A DNA stretch of 64,000 nucleotides from Patellaria atrata CBS 101060 (taxonomy: Eukaryota), in NCBI GenBank assembly GCA_010093705.1, contig MU006097.1:968715-1032714 (forward strand). Reading direction: 5' to 3'. Within the stretch, counting starts at the first letter, position 1, and each line of letters starts with the position of its first letter. The notes beneath the pieces are model-generated. The model was not told the DNA's origin, ran no database searches, and saw only the letters and a list, made by a program, of their open reading frames with translations. Positions 12,444 to 25,500 of the stretch are shown piece after piece. The translations under genes and the position numbers were made by a program.

Positions 12444-13458
12444 TCATTGTTGATCTACCCGAGGTTTTGGCAATGGATATCCACCCAATTCATCGAAGAA
12501 CTTTCCTCCTTGTATCAACAGATTAGCCATCTCCTCGCCCAGCCATTCCAGTGTCAATTTTGTTCTCGCACTTTCAATCTCTCTGGTTTGCTGTCCCGCA
12601 ACCTATCAAAGCCAGTTCCCTATGTTATAAAGTTCCCTATTCAATCGTAAGTACCAGATAGCATTGGCCTCTCACGGAAATGTCTCTTGCTGTCTTCACG
12701 ATCTCCTCTGTGACGTTTTTCACGGTATTTGCGTGTAGTCCTTTAGCTTTCCAGCGCTCTGCATAGCTTCCAGTGATATGCGTTGGAGTGAAGAAAGAGG
12801 CCACAGGATTCAATCTCACGCCGAATGCCTCAGCCGCTCTTTGAGATGCTCGGAGCAATCCAACAACTCCATGCTTCGAGGCTACATAACATACTACACC
12901 GGTACTACCGAAATAACCGGATGTAGGAGATATTAGAATAATCGAACTCGACCGCATGTAGTGTAATGCTAATCGGAGTGCTGTTGTACTATCAGCGAGG
13001 CTCTATCAGCGAGGTCATATCACTCGACAGATAGGGAGAAGGAATATGTCAATAGTACTGTTCATTGTTCCTTTCAAGTTGATGTCGATGACTTTGTATG
13101 TCTCGTTTGGCTCCTTCAATTCTCCATCTTCATCCGTCTCAAAGTTGAAGAATTCTTGTGTTTCCATTACACCGGCATTGGCAACTACGATATCGACTTG
13201 ATTGAAACGTACAATAGTCGTTTCAAACAAAGCTTTCATGTTCTCCCAGTCGAGTATATCCGTTAGAACGAACATGAAACGAGAACGGTCGGATAATGAA
13301 TCTATCAATGTCTCTGCGGCTTCCCTGGTCGCTGGTAGGTGTGCAATAACTACATTGGTACCCTGTTCATGAAACGTCCGGATAGTTTGAGCACCGATAC
13401 CGTTGGCTTCTCCAGTAACTATGACTGTCCTTGCTGTTAACTTCTCGAATGGCGGCAT
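12444..13458 (-). CDS. Short-chain dehydrogenase/reductase (SDR), 3 exons, with atypical cofactor-binding residues
   Basis: VIVTGEANGIG, VDIVVANAG, INLKGTMN|TLRLALHYM, YVASKHGVVG (YxxxK). Last exon VAGQQTREIE...GGYPLPKPRVDQQ* with TGA at 12446-12444. Confidence 0.85.
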
Positions 13459-13834
13459 TTCCTAAGATCCACAAAGGCTAAGGATTTCTATGATTTCCCC
13501 TCCGACGAAGAGGTACAGTTGAAATTAAATGTGTAGAATTCTCAGGTAAATGCAGGGACCGTTCAAGTTTAAGGAAAATAGTTGTTCTGGGTTTTTGCGC
13601 TCTCTGATTGGATATGCAGGGTGGAGGGGTACCTATGCTCCACAGCACTTTGTGTCATTGACCAAAAACGACGATTGTGCCCGCCTGACGGTTGTCCTTT
13701 GGGGTCAATGCGGTAAAAACGTTATTGTCGAGCTTTGTGGGTCGGATAGAACTACTGGACCCCTAAGACCTTCTTGATCATATATCTCACAGCTCCTGAA
13801 ACCTTCGTTTGGACTAGGTAATTGGGGAATCAAA

Positions 13835-14813
13835 ATGACATCCAACTACCGACATCATGAGCGAACAGACCGAGATGCTTTGGATCTGTTCAAATCCGTA
13901 GAGCAGAAATTCCCATCCAAAACTCTCGGAGATGATAAGTGGTACATAGTTACGGTACGAAGAGCAATTGCCTAATCGCAGAACATACTAACACAGGAGA
14001 AGCTCGTGGCCCTCGTTGGAGGAGGGCAGCCGGAATTTGCGACAACATTATACTCCTATCTCATACGGAGGCCAGAATTTGCAACCGCTGAATCTCGACA
14101 AGCTCTAATGCGTAGGTTAAGGGAAGCAATGGTGAAATCAGTTTCAATTGTCGGAGTTTGTAAACCTTTGGAGGCAATGTTTGCAATTGAAAAGATCACC
14201 AGACCTGAAGACAGAGATTATTCATTCTCAAGGTAGGCACGCTGAATCGGAATAATATATAATCCAGGACTTAATGTTATGCACAGAGAAGGTTGGCAGT
14301 GCGATGAAGCTAACCGGGAACGTGGAAGGAGATGGCAAGACCGAATATACCTTCACAATCAGGGTGCGATCGATAATACGCTCTCATCGCAGAAAGACTT
14401 TGGTAAGGAGAGCAATGATGTGATTGCCATGGTCGTACGGCCCGGCTGATGTTAGAATAGACTGGCTGAGTAAGAACATCACCTACGGTCTTTATCTCTC
14501 TGATCACAGCATTTTGAACGATTTTGAGACAGAATTGGTCGTCTTAACCGGCATTATGATCCAAAATCTTCCGAATGAGACTCACTGGCATCTTCGAGGG
14601 GCGCGAAGGATAGGGATCAGCAAAGATGATGTAGAGACCGTTCACCAATGTGTAAGCTGTTCATGCACAACCGACGGCATTTTATCTGTCTCCCCCTGCT
14701 TACACAACTGTTAGATTGAGTTAGTAGCGAACTTCGTTGGCGTAAGTCTGCACAAAGTCCCCCGGGTTGCAGATATCGAACATGAGGTGGCGGGAATGAA
14801 GGCAAAATTATAG
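13835..14813 (+). CDS. AhpD/carboxymuconolactone decarboxylase-like protein, 5 exons
   Basis: Spliced: MTSNYRH..DKWYIVT|LVALVGGGQPE..RLREAMVKSVSIVGVCKP..SR|EGWQ..RIY..DF|DWLSKNITYGLYLSD..ETELVVL..IQN..ETHWHLRGARRIG..QC|IELVA..KAKL*. Four GT-AG introns. Divergent from the SDR gene. Confidence 0.78.
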
Positions 14814-17508
14814 GAAGGGAAATAATCCAGACTCACTGCTGTAATACTATAATAGAAGCTCCAGTTGTCCAGTTTTAACATATGATGACTAGTGAGCACC
14901 TACAATGCGTCTACAGTACTTGGTAGTAGTTACACGGGCGGACAACGCTTGTCGAAAGGAATGGTTGAAGTACTAGAGAGGTCCAATCGAATAAGTGCGC
15001 CTCTCATACGGGCATAGGATAACTTACCACGTCAGAACATCAGCGATCTTGCCACAATGTCTCTAACAGGGTCCAACCAAATTCGGACAGTTACATCTGG
15101 CCTCACAGGGCGTTTCAATCCTATCATAACCAAAGAGTTCATCATGCTGTAGTTGAGAGTGATTGGACCCGATGGCGGGCCGTTCCATGTCAACCAAACG
15201 TTATCTTGACGTCTTTGGTCCAAGGAGCATTGATTGGTCCCCATGAGGATATTCACTAACAATATTCACGAGTATACTATTGTGAAAATTTCCACCTAAC
15301 TATATTCCTCCACGTGAATCAGCCGACCGTTTAGTTCGAGAATCTCGAGGTAAGAATTGACTATGTCTATATTATTTATTCGGAGTGGAATATGGAGCGG
15401 TGCACAAGAACAAAGAAAATGAGTCAGCAGAAAGAACAAAGAAACTGCGAGATAAACCGCTGGAATATTGGAAATGGCCCATAGTGCGGCAGAGCTCTTA
15501 AAGAACACAAGACTATCTAAACAAATAAACAGCGATGTTCAGCACTAGAATTTGTCGGTCGTATCTTGCAAAGAGAGATGTTATTCCCACGGTTCACTTG
15601 AGTACTGACCATCGTGCAAAAGCTGCTGTTTTCAGAAATTCCTATCCCGATTCTGTTATGGAGATATTGGGCCCATGGATATCAAGGAAAAGTAAGCTCC
15701 ATTCCCCTTATGCCGGGCTTTGGATGAGGCTAATATGATATCCAAGGTTCGTGACAGCTCCACTACACGTCGTTGCGTTCACTCTAAGTAGACCATATTG
15801 CTTTTTAGATCCATTGTCGTCCTCTCAAAAAGACAATCTCTTACACTGATAGCTGGTATTCCTTCTTCGGTTCACATATAGGATTAAGCACACGGGAATT
15901 TGAGCACATTCATTCAAATCCATGGCTGAACAAGCGACCTCCTGGCATTCTCATCCGCATTGATCACGGTGTCCTGGCCTACCCTTAGATGTGAGTTATT
16001 GCTGTTATCGGAACCAAGGATTGTATGACAATGTTTCCTGTCAAGTGAAAGAAATCCGACTATCATTCCACTATTGTCTCTTCCGGGGGTGGAACCCTTC
16101 TAAATCCAGATGCTATGATCGAAAAGTGACACGCAATTCAGAAAGACATCTCTAGGGAACCAATACCTGGGCGGAACGTACTAAGTCCTCTGCTAGATTA
16201 TGGGCCCCTATTCCATCCCATTGATTATCGGTTATGACCTGGAGGACCACTCACCTAGTCAACTATTACTTCTCACTTTGTGAACATATTTCCTTATTAA
16301 AAACAGTCCACAGAAAGTACGTGCTCCAACCTTGACGTAGTCGTAAAAGCACCCCTTGCAGGTTACGTATGGATCCACATTGCAAAAGTACACCTCTCGC
16401 ATATAGAGTATACTCTGTACTAACTCACAAAGCTAGAATTAGTTATCAAGAAGTGACACGGTTCTAGAATTGATAAGCCACGAAAGAAAGAGCCTCCTGT
16501 GGCCCAAAAGAGGCGAAATAGCCAGTTACGCGTGGCCTTACGTAGGAAAGCGGCGCTCTCTGTCCAGGATCCGGTAGATCATCGAGCACTAGCCACCGGC
16601 TAACCACAGCAAACAGCATCAATTCGTCATTGTTAGACTGTCGGTTGCCGGTTGCCGATTGCCGTAAAGGACCTGTTCATGATGATGCCGCAAACGCGAA
16701 GAGTTGAAGATGGCAAAGAAGATGAGGTTTTTATTATTTCACCATTGTGGTGGCCGCGAACATCCTGGGCTGAATTTGCGGTGGCGTAACGTGCATAAGA
16801 GCTTGGTAATTGTAAAGTACAAAATTCTGCCCAGTCGGATGCCACGGACACATCCTTGATTTCGCTGTCTTACGCATCCCGTCTGCTGTAATCGCTTTGA
16901 AATGGAGTTAAGGATGCAAACACCATGGAATTTAGGAAAATGATCAGGAACGTTGGAGCTCAGAAAGAGAGGAGTGGCGTGAGCATACCTTAGTTCTACC
17001 ATCGAACGGGAAGGAAAAGGCTATGCGTCTGGAAATTGAAGGTCAGAATCGGCATACCATGGTGAACTGGTGATCGCTCCGCTCCCTCCAGTCCTCACGG
17101 TCACAAAGTGCGAGATGAAAACAAGTTGACAGTTGACAGTCGACTTGACCCTCGCATGCTGGAAGAAGCTTGGTCAAGTTGGTCAACCGAAGATGGGGCT
17201 AATTTGGCGGAGAGAAAACCTGTCGGACAGTCGCTGATTCGTAGCACTCGGCAAAGATGGCGTCGACCAGCCATCTTCCAAGCTGGGACGCTTCGTACAG
17301 TCGTCCCTGGTTAGTGATGACGTTGTAAGTTCCGTATGATCGATGCTTCCTTCCATATAACAAGTAGCTTCCCAACTGTCTTTCTCGTCTGATTCCATTC
17401 AACCCTCCATTCATACTGTACTATACAAATAAATATACCGTCTGAAGAACAGTCACCAAAATTCACTTTGTATAAAACTGTAAAACTACTATACAACCGT
17501 CGTCCAAT

Positions 17509-17843
17509 ATGCCTTTCTCCGGAAGGTATGACTTTCCACAGCTTGAAGAGTTCCGCAGCCTTCGCAGTCTTCGTGGTGTTTCGGAGTTCTCGGCCCTCCC
17601 TTGAAGCATTACTGACTGACTTTTCACAGCGACATCGTCAAGATCTTCTTCGCCATCCTCGTTCCGCCTGTTGGTGTGTTCTTTGAGCGTGGATGCAATG
17701 CCGACTTCTTCATCAACATCTTGTTGACTATTCTGGGTTATATTCCCGGTATTATTCACGCACTGTAAGCAAACCTCACCATCACTCATCGTCGTGCATA
17801 TTTTTCCTAACTTTAATTCAGGTACATCATTCTGAAGTACTAG
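17509..17843 (+). CDS. PMP3: Pmp3/Sna-family plasma membrane proteolipid, 3 exons
   Basis: MPFSG-S|DIVKIFFAILVPPVGVFFERGCNADFLINILLTILGYIPGIIHAL|YIILKY*. Introns 17526-17629 and 17766-17821. Not in the ORF track. Confidence 0.95.
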
Positions 17844-18512
17844 CCACCGCTGTCGAATCTTTTTGATACCCGTTCTCATCTCATATTTTGGCACCGTTTT
17901 CTTTCGTCGGGCACGTTCCACTCACTCGGGGCAATCAGCCTGAGAGAAAGAGATCTCGCTACGCTTGGATTATTTGCATTACCGGGACTTCCGTTTCTTT
18001 TTCCATTGGTTATTCTTAGCGACTCCGCTTCGTATGACGTATCATGATTGGAATCCGCAACGGTCCCGTTCAGAGTGCGTTTTCGGGGTGCATCATGATT
18101 TTGTGTTTTAAGAACGAAGAATATGATGATGTACCCTAATGTAGTAGCTTTATGGCGAAATTGATTCCTACGTTCTTGAGAGTTGTGTGTTCCCAGTTAT
18201 TGAGAGCCCAAACCATTGACATTGTAATGTGAGCAGTTTGGTATGATATTGTACGCCCCTGAAATGTGATACTTGCATCGGTAGGTACGGAGGTGCTCTT
18301 AACCTTTTCGCATTTCTGTCGTGACACTTGACGGCCGGAGCTTTGTCGGGGGTCGGTAATAGGACCTATTTCCGGCTACGTTGACGAACTTCTATCTCAA
18401 GTTACACAAACACAATCCAACAAATCTCTAACCGTTTCAGAGCCACTTTTCGCATGACCATCATAACTATCCAGAAGCTGTATTAGGAACTCCACTTCAT
18501 ATAGGCGTCAAA

Positions 18513-19768
18513 ATGGACACACGCGCGACTCTCCCCAGCGAGCTAGTAGCTCTTTTATGTGATTACGAGCGCACTCTCCAGGACACAGCCGTCAGATTTG
18601 ACGCTGCGCGCCAGGGGCACACGAAGCTAGATCCCAGCACCTCGAGCATCGAGACAAGATTCAGGCTCTCGATAATGCTTAAGAATAAGCTGGATGAGCT
18701 GGAAGGCTACAGTATGTGCGCATGCGCGTACGAGGATGGTTTCAATTGAGAGGCGTAGCTAATCATCTCGTCTTGATAGAAAACATCCCATCCCCATATA
18801 CACATCTCTCTGCGGTTCTCAATTGCGAATATCAGCTGTATGAATTGAATGCTACCACGCCGCTTAGACATAATCCGTTCCTATCCCACTGGGTTGAGGT
18901 CGTGCAGCGCTGGGACGATGAGCTCGCGCGCCTGCGCCCTACAAAGGGGAAGAACACGGTCAACGGTCCAGATCTGGGATGGAGGGAGATACATCACACC
19001 AGAGTGGGATTGGTGAAGTACATCCTGACTGAGCCCTTTCCAGAGTCCCTCCCTCGCTCGAGCCCAAGAGCTCTCTATCACCACTTCGAAACCTCCTCTG
19101 CGCCAGCCATCGATCTGGACCACTATATCACCATTCTCGAAGAAGAGGATATCTATGATAGGTCCCCGCGACCCTCCGCCTCTACAACACCCACACCCAT
19201 TCCGATCACTTCTCTCTCCTCTCCACCTTCCGCCTCACCCTATTCGTCTCCACCTTCAGACAACACCTCTTCAATCCCTCCCACCAGAACCCCTTCCAGT
19301 CCATCAGCAATCCGCCAAACGCTCCGCACCAACCGTGCAGTCGCTCTTCAAGCCCTCGTCCGCCTCCCCATCGACCTCCCTAGTCTCGAATTCATAAACT
19401 CCCTACTTCTCGACCACACCCTGGAAGACCAAGGCATCGAGCCCGGAGGTGTGGTACGAGAATATCTGGAACACGCACTCCGTCGCATCGAGCGTACATC
19501 TCCTCCCAACAACACCTATACCCACCACCCCTCCAACCTCAACAGCAACAGGACCACAGAGCAAGAGGACACAGACTCCGGGATAGGCGGCAGGGAAGAG
19601 CAGATCAGGGCGATAAAGCTGCTGGTCTTGTTCATCGGGAACCTGATCCGCAAGGGATTGGTCCAGCCAGAGAAGATTTACTTTGAGATTCAGGAGATCT
19701 GCGTGAGGTTTGTGTGGATCAGGGAGGTTAGGGAGTTCAGGTCTTTTGTTGAGGAGGGCGGCTTTTAG
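18513..19768 (+). CDS. CNOT11 (CCR4-NOT subunit 11)-like protein with DUF2363-like C-terminus, 2 exons
   Basis: Intron 18712-18779 joins the two ORFs. The C-terminus LVRLPIDLPSLEFINSLL...EYLEHALRRIE...QIRAIKLLVLFIGNLIRKGLV...YFEIQEICVRFVWIREVREF resembles the CNOT11 C-terminal domain (recognised from memory). Confidence 0.72.
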
Positions 19769-20595
19769 AACAATGACATCTCATGAAGAGGTAGAGGGCT
19801 GGGTAATTTGATGGAGCACATTTCGTGCGTTGAGGTCAGTTGTTTCTTTTCTGTTTTAGGGCATTACGATGTGATGATTGGATGGGCTTGTATTTTGTGC
19901 ACTCGACGGTGGGCGAAACGGTTATTTGGCGTATCTCTCCTGAACCGGGAGCTTGTTTTCGTAGGGGAAAATGTGTTATTAGCGGCTGCATGAGATTACT
20001 TTGGAACGGGAGGTCTGATTATTCATGTGAGGATAGGAAGTGAAGTCCTTTCACTTCGGATCAGATGGGATTCGCTTTGTTAGTGATGGGAAGGGAAGAG
20101 ATCCATTAAAGATCAGATGAGAAGAGGACCCGATCGTCATGAACTCATGATAGTCTAGCGTAAGACAAATGATTCAATGATAACACACCCTCAATATCTT
20201 ACCTTACCTTGATTGAGATAATTTGGCTTCACTTGAAGGTGGGATAGGAAAGTACGCACTTCCTTCATCACGGAACGAGAACGGCGGGAAACTATTTCAG
20301 TTTGATCAGACGGGAAAGAGCAGCTCACATTCACACTTTCATACTCAGAGGTCTAAAAGGTCAAAATAAGAGGCACTGAAAAACACTACGCTCAAGGTAT
20401 TGTGGTATCTAGAATTTCGATGGATCCTCCTGGCCCTTAGGCTAGTGTCTCGACATCGCGATCTATTATGCTTAAAATGCTCAAATCTATATGAAGAAGG
20501 TAAATCGAATCAAAAAAAAAAAATCGTCTGCCTCACCAGGCCCAGCCTGGGAGCGACATCCCCCTCCTCTCATCCCCAATCAGCCCAGCGACAAC

Positions 20596-22527
20596 TCATA
20601 AGCTCTTTACCGGACTGACCCCATCCCCAGCGCTGCTAGACCCTCCACTGTACCCTGAATCCGCTGAGTCGTCATCATCAATATCGATATCAAAACCGGA
20701 ACCAAACTTCTCTTCGTCCCCTTCTGCATTGCCTTCTTCCCAGCCCTTCTGCGCTGCGCCACGGGTATTCCATCTCAGACTCGTGCTGATGCTGTCGAAC
20801 CATTCCGTCGGTTTGGACAGGACAGTCGGGAAGGGAAATTTCGACGCGGCAATCGTGACATGGTCACCCTGTCTTAGTTCAACCCGACCCTTGCCATCGA
20901 AGGCGCAGTAAGCTGTCGCGCGGCTGTTACGAGGGACCGCGACGCGCAAGAGCATGGTGTCATTGAGCAACATGGGGCGGAAGGAGAGGGTATGGGGGCA
21001 GATGGGGGTGAGGAGGATGGCCGGGATATCGGGATGGATGAGGGAACCACCAGCCGAGAGGGAGTAGGCAGTACTGCCAGTGGGCGTGCTGAAGATGCAG
21101 CCATCAGCTTGGATGACAGTGAGAAGGTTATTGTCGCCGTAGAGCTCGAGCTGCGAGATGTATGGTGACGGACCACGATCGATGAGGAGCTCGTTAAGCA
21201 CTTCAAACTGCTCGGCCTCGATGTGGGAGTTGGGATCACCGGGAACGGCGCGGTAGACGGTACAGGTGAAGCGCATGCGTAGGTTAACACGCATGCCTTC
21301 CTCGCCCATGAGATTGTTGAGCGATTTGCGGAAGGTCTGATATTCGAAGTTTGTGAGGAAGCCAAGGGATCCGAGGGAGAAGGAGAGGACGGGTGGAACG
21401 ATGCGCTGGAACAGCCATGAGGTGAAGAGGACAGTGCCATCACCACCAAGTGTGAGGACGAGGTCGAACTGCTCAGGAGACGTCCAGCACATATCCGGCG
21501 TCCAGAAGCGCAACATATACTCGAAACGTGGGTCCTTAGCAAGAAGGCTAGGGACGTCAAATCGTTTCGACTTGCGCAACTTGGCATCGACGTATACATT
21601 CACTCCAACCTGGGAACCGTAGCGGGGAGTAGTAATAAGAAACTCTGCGAGCTCTCGAGTGAGCGATACGAGACTGTTGTCGCGCGCCTTGGTAATAATC
21701 ATGACATTACGGACGGCGCGCTTAATGGGTCTCCGTTGAAGCTGCTTCGCAACCTCTCGCACACCAGTAGCAGTCTGCATCAAGCGCGAATGCGACATGT
21801 ATTCGTCGTCGCGAATTTCCTCCAACACCTTGTTAATATTCACAGCATCGTCGAACCCCTCATGGAAGAAGAGAGGTGATGCTAATGTCGCCATTTTACC
21901 GGCATATAGGGACTTTGAATCTGAATTAATTTCCGACAAAGCTTGGGAAAGTCGTCGAGATGTGACAGGTGGGGGTCGTAAGTCGTCGTCTTCCCTGGAG
22001 GATAACGATCCGTGGATGCCAGAAGTGGGTATACTCAGAGCAGTCAAAGGAGGTCTGGAAGCGAGGGATTTCATGATCGTTTGGCGTGGGATAGAGTCAA
22101 TGGATAGGGCCTGCTTACGGTGGGAGCGGTGGTCGAAGAAGGATCTCGATTGTCGCGGTGAAAAGAGTTCTGGTGGTGGAAGTGGTGTAGCAGAGTCGTC
22201 GTCATTAGATTGTGAGAGCTCTAAGCCTTTGCGCGCAAATCTGGCAGAGGATGGTGTACGTGTGGTGGAATCGGTAGATGGTTGAGGTTGCGGTTTCGCG
22301 TTCGCACCACGCTGGGCGACACCCAGAGCTATAAATTGAGCATTGCTGGGAGTAAGGGAATCTCCGAAGCGGGAAGGTGATGGCAAAGGCTGATGTGAGG
22401 TAGTCAAAGGATGGGGTAAAGGACACGAAGCGTCAGGCTCGTGCGTTGAGGGGAGATCAGGAAAAGGAGTGTGAACGGCTTTATCGGAGAGTGAGTTCGG
22501 GGCAAGGTGTAGGTGATTGCTTGCCAT
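20596..22527 (-). CDS. ATP-NAD kinase (Utr1/Yef1-like), intronless
   Basis: NAD kinase motifs TLGGDGTVL, SLGSLGFLT, VLNE, QADGCIFSTPTGSTAYSLSAGGS, TPICPHTLSFRP. First in-frame ATG at 22527. Confidence 0.95.
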   Translation of the reverse strand: MASNHLHLAPNSLSDKAVHTPFPDLPSTHEPDASCPLPHPLTTSHQPLPSPSRFGDSLTPSNAQFIALGVAQRGANAKPQPQPSTDSTTRTPSSARFARKGLELSQSNDDDSATPLPPPELFSPRQSRSFFDHRSHRKQALSIDSIPRQTIMKSLASRPPLTALSIPTSGIHGSLSSREDDDLRPPPVTSRRLSQALSEINSDSKSLYAGKMATLASPLFFHEGFDDAVNINKVLEEIRDDEYMSHSRLMQTATGVREVAKQLQRRPIKRAVRNVMIITKARDNSLVSLTRELAEFLITTPRYGSQVGVNVYVDAKLRKSKRFDVPSLLAKDPRFEYMLRFWTPDMCWTSPEQFDLVLTLGGDGTVLFTSWLFQRIVPPVLSFSLGSLGFLTNFEYQTFRKSLNNLMGEEGMRVNLRMRFTCTVYRAVPGDPNSHIEAEQFEVLNELLIDRGPSPYISQLELYGDNNLLTVIQADGCIFSTPTGSTAYSLSAGGSLIHPDIPAILLTPICPHTLSFRPMLLNDTMLLRVAVPRNSRATAYCAFDGKGRVELRQGDHVTIAASKFPFPTVLSKPTEWFDSISTSLRWNTRGAAQKGWEEGNAEGDEEKFGSGFDIDIDDDDSADSGYSGGSSSAGDGVSPVKSL

Positions 22528-25500
22528 GACGCTATGCACCAACTGGGCGGTATCACTCTTTCGGGTAATCAGATTGAGGGGAACCGAACAGTAGCGAGGG
22601 TTACACAACAAAAGTTGAACCACTTGCAACCGCTTGATCCTTGATTGAAGGTACGGTGTCCGACTCGGCTTTAGATCGTACCTGAGCTCACTGCTTCCAA
22701 GTATGAACCAGCTGATTCCAGAAATGGAAGAACGTTGTTGAGACTGTTTTGTTGTAATGTGGGGATCGTGGGACGGACGAGCCAAGGCAAGGTGAACTCG
22801 GTCGAGCTCACAGGGCAGGTGGCAACTGAATGCTGGCGATGGTTGGCAGCTGGTGATAATATCTGACAGGACCAAGAATAGAACCGAGATCTTGAGCTTC
22901 GATAATGCGCAATGACAGAAGCCGGGGGATATCTGGAATATCCCTAGAAGCTAAATATGTTGGAAAATATGAAATGGCGAGGTGTCGCTGAGACAAAAGA
23001 CGTAACCAGACGTCAAGGTAGATATATGTACCGGGAATGGAAGTTCGTACTTGGAGACTCGTTAAGAAGTTGCTTTCTATCGTCTGAATTAACAGCGCAG
23101 AAAACTGACGAAAGTGAAGGTTGGTGATAATGACTGCTGCCGCTTAAGTGGAGTGATAGTGACAGTGAAATGTGATGGCAACGTGCAGTGGACTAATAAT
23201 TCCAACGAACGAAGAGTCCAGCTCAGGGTGGTCGTAGACAACGGTATTAAGGGAATGTGATGGTTAAGAAAATATTTACAAGTAATAAGACAAAAGCCCA
23301 CTAGGCATATGGAACGAAAAGAAAGGAGAGTGATATTGGCGTGCAGATGTGCAGATGGAAGAGGCCGTCTGATCTCTGCTAGACCAGTGGCTTCAGGAAA
23401 ACAGGAGAGAGATATAGCAAAATAGCAAAAGGGATAAGCGCTCATACGCACGACTCGTTAACACAATCATACAATGAAAAAACTATGAAGGAGTTGGAGG
23501 TAGATCAAAATGGTGTTGATACTGAAGCAAGACGGGTATCAACTTTGTGGGTCAGCTTGGGTCCAAATGTGGTGGGTGGTTGACCGCTCCCAGGCCTCTA
23601 ACCCTCTTTTTTTTTTCACCACGCGCTGTTCCCTGCTGTACCTTCCCCAAGCCCTTTCTCCGCGAATGGTCTTATTTTCCGCGCCCCTAAAATAAGGAAA
23701 GGACGATAAGGTAGCGTGGTAGCGACTTCCTTCCAGTGCCTTCACTATAACTTTCTCTCAACCATTATTGTGACATTTGACATTTCAGATACTCAGACAT
23801 TACCGAATCAAGGTACTATCAAGTTAGTATCCTTCTGCTTCAGTTATTACTCTATCACAGCGCTTATTGTATTGACACAATCATTGCATAGACCTACCTC
23901 TGTAGGTAGCTGCGCGTTACAGTATGTACTGTAGAAGGCCAAAAGGATGAGGATCAACTTTACCATCCATGTCCCCCAGCTCCAGTATCCTCGCCACGCG
24001 CAGCCTCATCCCACTCTGATTGAGCCTCACATTTCGGTCTCGTACCTCGAAACTTCTTCTCTACCGAATTCTATTTCTAGTATTACTACCGCGGTTCAGA
24101 AAATGACTCTAGACCAGTCAGGTCACATCTCAGATGAAACGCTCTTACTCTCGCCAGTCTCGCTTCATACAAGTTCGTCTCATACTTCAGCCTTTTTGCA
24201 ACACCAAACCCCTGACCAACCGCCCAACGACTGACGTCTCGTCTCTTCGCCATAGTACTTCACGATGAAGGACCTGAGAACCGTCCAAACGGCTCTCGAG
24301 CCTCATCCGTTTGGAGATATCGCCGCCGCTCCCGCTTTGCCGTACAGCCAAAACTTTACTCTATTTTCACTTCTGGTCTAACAATCCCAGCTTCAACCCT
24401 CGCCGTAACTTTCCCTACATGTTGGCTCAACAAGTCGTCAATCTGACTATGCATAAAGCATGTCAGCTTCAGATAGCATCTTCACCTATTTGCACGTCTA
24501 TCTTATGGGCTGATGTCCCTAATTCTAGCCACCCTTATGTGTCGTCACCACGAGGCCGAGAGGTTCGTCCGTTCGCACCAGACCCCAACTTCTCCACATT
24601 CTTATTCTCTTTTCGCACGGCCTTACCTTCTTCTGGTCTACGACTCACAGCTTCCCGATGTACCGAAACAGTGAGCTAGTTTTGCTAGTAACTTAATAAC
24701 TCATTATTTATTCAGTCCTCAAAGACATGACGCCACAGCGGATCGAAGATTATCTCCAAAGAAAGGCAAGTCTGCCTGAAGAAGACAGCGAACCACGTAA
24801 ATCGACAAGAAACTCGAGATACTATGCAAACAATGTATCAGCTCTGACCATAGACACTAGTACGGGGCAAGGACATGTACGTGCGGATGCTCACCTGAAG
24901 CCCCACAGATAGTCTTTGCGTAACCTGCAAAGACCAACAATGCAGGTAACCCAGCATTAGGGCTGAGTGCTCAGCTTCTACCATCGTTATGGTCTCTGAT
25001 GTAATGTATTTTGAAAGATAGCTTTTGTCGTCACATGCCGGGCATCGATCGTGCGTGCGGGCGCCGATGTGCGCTCGCCAGTCATAAAAAGTCTATCACT
25101 ACATATTGATGACTGTAGACGAGGATGTTGGAAAGTGTCTTACCAGCTGCTTTGACATTAGAATATCCACCACTCGGCCCATTTGGAAGAGTCTCAAAAA
25201 GAGAGGAGGCAAGGCAAAGTGTCTACAGGATGCTTTTCTCGAAGTCAAGGGCGAGAGACCTATCCGTTATGTGATATGTGGTAGGACCATAGGTTTATCT
25301 TGAAACAGAGCAAGTTGTCCTAGTGTTGCATCTCACTATCCTCGGCAATCAAGGTATACACCTATTCTTCTCTGTCCGCATTCTCTTCGAGTCTTTCTTT
25401 CTTCACATGCATATTCAATCAATTTTGTTCTTATCCCCCCGTTGGGACATTCCTCGCCTACTATAGGCTCACTCACCCCAAAGGTGTCCCCCTCTCTACG

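Noticed and set aside
14900..17400. Short ORFs between the AhpD-like gene and PMP3
   Set aside because: They are under 90 aa, unrecognisable, and give no consistent exon chain.
20874..22285. Alternate-frame and antisense ORFs inside NAD kinase (likewise inside HET, AflR-like, BUD32, GSH1, nsdD)
   Set aside because: They are shadows of codon bias in real genes.
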